Shown: positions 36,032-37,906 of the stretch, in pieces
How positions within the stretch are numbered: the first letter of the stretch is position 1
Layout of the letters: each line of letters starts with the position of its first letter
UHGV virus genome: UHGV-0206542
Length of the DNA: 37,906 nt
DNA from: a virus
Reading direction: 5' to 3' (one strand)
Program-made: the position numbers and the translations under genes
The notes under the pieces: model-generated
Database searches by the model: none
The model's input: the letters and a program-made list of their open reading frames with translations, nothing else
What the model was told of the DNA's origin: nothing

Positions 36032-36058
36032 GGCCATGCATTTGCATGGCTTTTTTAT
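36032..36058 (+). terminator. rho-independent terminator
   Basis: gccatgca-ttt-gcatggc followed by ttttttatt, 110 nt upstream of the holin start. Confidence 0.75.
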
Positions 36059-36170
36059 TATCAGGTCCCGCAGGAATCATCATCGACACGCTTCGTTGTT
36101 AAATCCAGCCTGACGGGCCTGACCCTTTTCAAACACACAGCTTCCCGATCTTCCATCGGAGGCGGTAACT

Positions 36171-36482
36171 ATGGCTAAACGTATGCAAGACAGAGAGAGC
36201 ATTGCCGGGATGTCCTGGCTGGTTCTGCTGATCATTGCTTGCTGGGGTGGACTTGTCCGCTACCTGATAGATGTGAAGCAGAGCAAGGCAACATGGAGCT
36301 TGATCAATGCTCTTGCCCAAATGGTGGTTTCAGGGTTTACCGGCGTTATTGCTGGCCTGGTGAGCATTGAAAGCGGACTGAGCATTTACATGATACTGGC
36401 CACTTCCGGAATTAGCGGGGCAATGGGTTCTGTTGCTTTGACCTATTTCTGGGAACGCATTACCGGAGTTAAGGCGCCATGA
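36171..36482 (+). CDS. holin
   Basis: 103 aa with three hydrophobic TM segments. RBS ggaggcgg. ATGA overlap with the endolysin start. Confidence 0.8.
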   Translation: MAKRMQDRESIAGMSWLVLLIIACWGGLVRYLIDVKQSKATWSLINALAQMVVSGFTGVIAGLVSIESGLSIYMILATSGISGAMGSVALTYFWERITGVKAP

Positions 36483-37018
36483 CAGCAGATCAGATTATCG
36501 AGGGGATCCTCGGCAAGGAGGGTGGTTATGTCGATCATCCGTCGGATAAAGGCGGGCCGACCCGCTGGGGCATCACGCAGACCACCGCGCGTGCACATGG
36601 CTACACCGGTGATATGCGGAACCTGCCCAGGGAAACAGCAAAGCAAATCCTGCTGAGCGATTACTGGACCGGCCCCCGGTTTGACCAGGTGGCAGCTCTA
36701 TCTACGTTACTGGCAGATGAGCTTTGCGACACTGGCGTGAACATGGGGCCATCTGTAGCCAGTAAGTTTTTCCAGCGCTGGCTGACCGCAATGAATATGC
36801 GCGGAAAGCTGTATCCCGATCTGATTCCGGATGGTGCCATTGGTCCCCGAACCATCACCGCGCTTAAGGGATACCTTTCCGCCCGCGGGAAAGAGGGTGA
36901 ACAGGTTCTGTTGCGTGCGCTGAACTGCAGCCAGGGTGCCAGATACCTCGAACTGGCGGAGGGCCGCGAAGCCAACGAGGATTTTCTCTACGGCTGGGTT
37001 AAGGAGCGTGTCCTGTGA
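36479..37018 (+). CDS. endolysin, GH108 N-terminal domain + PG_binding_3
   Basis: EGGYVDHPSDKGGPTRWGIT is the GH108 signature. C-terminal ...GAIGPRTITALKGYL is peptidoglycan-binding-like. Confidence 0.85.
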   Translation: MTADQIIEGILGKEGGYVDHPSDKGGPTRWGITQTTARAHGYTGDMRNLPRETAKQILLSDYWTGPRFDQVAALSTLLADELCDTGVNMGPSVASKFFQRWLTAMNMRGKLYPDLIPDGAIGPRTITALKGYLSARGKEGEQVLLRALNCSQGARYLELAEGREANEDFLYGWVKERVL

Positions 37019-37359
37019 AGATGATCATTTTCGCTTTGCTTGTGCTGGTGGCTGTGCTCGTTCTGTTACTTCTGCGCAAATATACCCGGCTGGAGTTCGT
37101 AGGGCATGCCAGCTTGCTGCTGAAAACGTGGTCTGTAAAGCTGGGAGCTATCGGCGCGCTGGTTGGTGTATGGGCGCAGTCGTTCCCGGATGCTGCGCTG
37201 CACGCCTGGGCGGTGCTGCCGCCGGATATCAAAAACATCCTGCCGCCAAACATCGTTGCGTTGATTAGCCCTGCGCTGGTGGTGCTGGCCGTACTATCGC
37301 AATACGTACGCCAGCCAGCATTGAAAGAAAAGGCCGACGAACTGAAGGAGCAGCAATGA
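37015..37359 (+). CDS. lysis-cassette membrane protein (LysA-like, 3 TM)
   Basis: 114 aa with three hydrophobic helices. Overlapping start/stop within the lysis operon. Confidence 0.45.
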   Translation: MKMIIFALLVLVAVLVLLLLRKYTRLEFVGHASLLLKTWSVKLGAIGALVGVWAQSFPDAALHAWAVLPPDIKNILPPNIVALISPALVVLAVLSQYVRQPALKEKADELKEQQ

Positions 37360-37631
37360 GCTTTGAAATTATCGCGGGACTGGTGGTCGTCATCCTGGGT
37401 GCTATTGCTGGCGCGTTCGGCATTGGTCATGCTCGCGGGGCCAGTAAGGCGAAAGCCAAAGCTGATCAGCAACGTACCGAAGAGAACGCCGCTGCTACTG
37501 TCGCCGCGGCAGAACGCCGTGCTGAAGTCACGAAAGGGGCAAGCGATGTACAGGAAGACGTTAAGCGTATGGGCGATGACGATGTTGATCGCGAGCTGCG
37601 CGAAAAGTTTACCCGCCCCGGTAGTCGTTGA
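37356..37631 (+). CDS. i-spanin (Rz-like)
   Basis: N-terminal TM (IIAGLVVVILGAIAGAFGIG) then a charged coiled-coil periplasmic domain. Confidence 0.6.
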   Translation: MSFEIIAGLVVVILGAIAGAFGIGHARGASKAKAKADQQRTEENAAATVAAAERRAEVTKGASDVQEDVKRMGDDDVDRELREKFTRPGSR

Positions 37632-37776
37632 TACGGCCTGCATCTGGGTGAGGGTCATCTACCTGACCGACCACGATATCGACGTGCTGGATAAGCAGAC
37701 CAAGCGTGACATCCTGGCGCACAACAAAGCAGTGCAGGCCAATTGCTCGCAGCTCACAGAGAAGGGTTCCAGGTAA
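37546..37776 (+). CDS. o-spanin (Rz1-like outer-membrane lipoprotein), +1 frame overlapping Rz 3' end
   Basis: MYRKTLSVWAMTMLIASC: signal peptide with lipobox I-A-S-C. Starts inside Rz in another frame and extends past the Rz stop. Confidence 0.55.
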   Translation: MYRKTLSVWAMTMLIASCAKSLPAPVVVDTACIWVRVIYLTDHDIDVLDKQTKRDILAHNKAVQANCSQLTEKGSR

Positions 37777-37906
37777 TTCAGCTACAAACGCAGAACACTT
37801 TAGGTATTGAAATTTACATGGCCACATGAACAAAAAATCAGAATACGAGACAACAGAGCGCTGAAAAATGAAAAGTTGGTATCTAAGTCAGGTGCATTAA
37901 GGCACT

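Noticed and set aside
35719-36178. Track ORFs 35732..36178 (+) and 35719..36024 (-)
   Set aside because: Both run straight through three strong intrinsic terminator hairpins and have odd composition. The region is better explained as structured non-coding leader and terminators.
1-37906. tRNA genes, CRISPR arrays, IS/transposase genes
   Set aside because: No T-loop-like GTTCRANYC motifs in a cloverleaf context, no regularly spaced direct repeats and no transposase-like ORFs were found by eye. Absence is not proven without tRNAscan or CRISPR tools.

Overview
The window reads as one nearly complete temperate siphovirus-type (lambdoid/HK97-like) enterobacterial phage genome, circularly permuted so that both window ends lie in phage DNA. 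No host flank is visible. Plus strand 1-21.2 kb: small accessory genes, HNH endonuclease, terminase small and large subunits, portal, ClpP-like prohead protease, HK97-type major capsid, head-tail connector and closure, major tail protein, tail assembly chaperone with a lambda-type GGGAAAG -1 frameshift (G/GT), a lipoprotein moron, tape measure, minor tail proteins, a J-like tip protein, a tailspike with an SGNH/SASA-type esterase domain and a further tail-associated gene. 21.3-24.7 kb: an AT-rich acyltransferase-3 (O-acetyltransferase-like) moron on the minus strand, then a recombination scar zone with three decayed copies of a serine-invertase C-terminal HTH segment plus a tyrosine-recombinase fragment, then an intact integrase. 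24.9-30.5 kb, minus strand: excisionase-like gene and a long early-left operon including a Rha-family regulator, a truncated beta-sliding-clamp (DnaN)-like protein, a small Walker-A protein and an AT-rich block of small unknown genes abutting the CI repressor (HTH + S24 peptidase). 30.5-37.9 kb, plus strand: cro-like gene, G-rich iteron-like tract, SF2 helicase, zinc-ribbon/Toprim primase, a Cys-rich Q-position protein, promoter and terminator structures flanking a candidate structured leader RNA, then holin, GH108 endolysin, a LysA-like membrane protein and overlapping Rz/Rz1-like spanins. No rRNA, tRNA, CRISPR array or transposase was recognised. All homology statements rest on remembered family motifs, not on searches.
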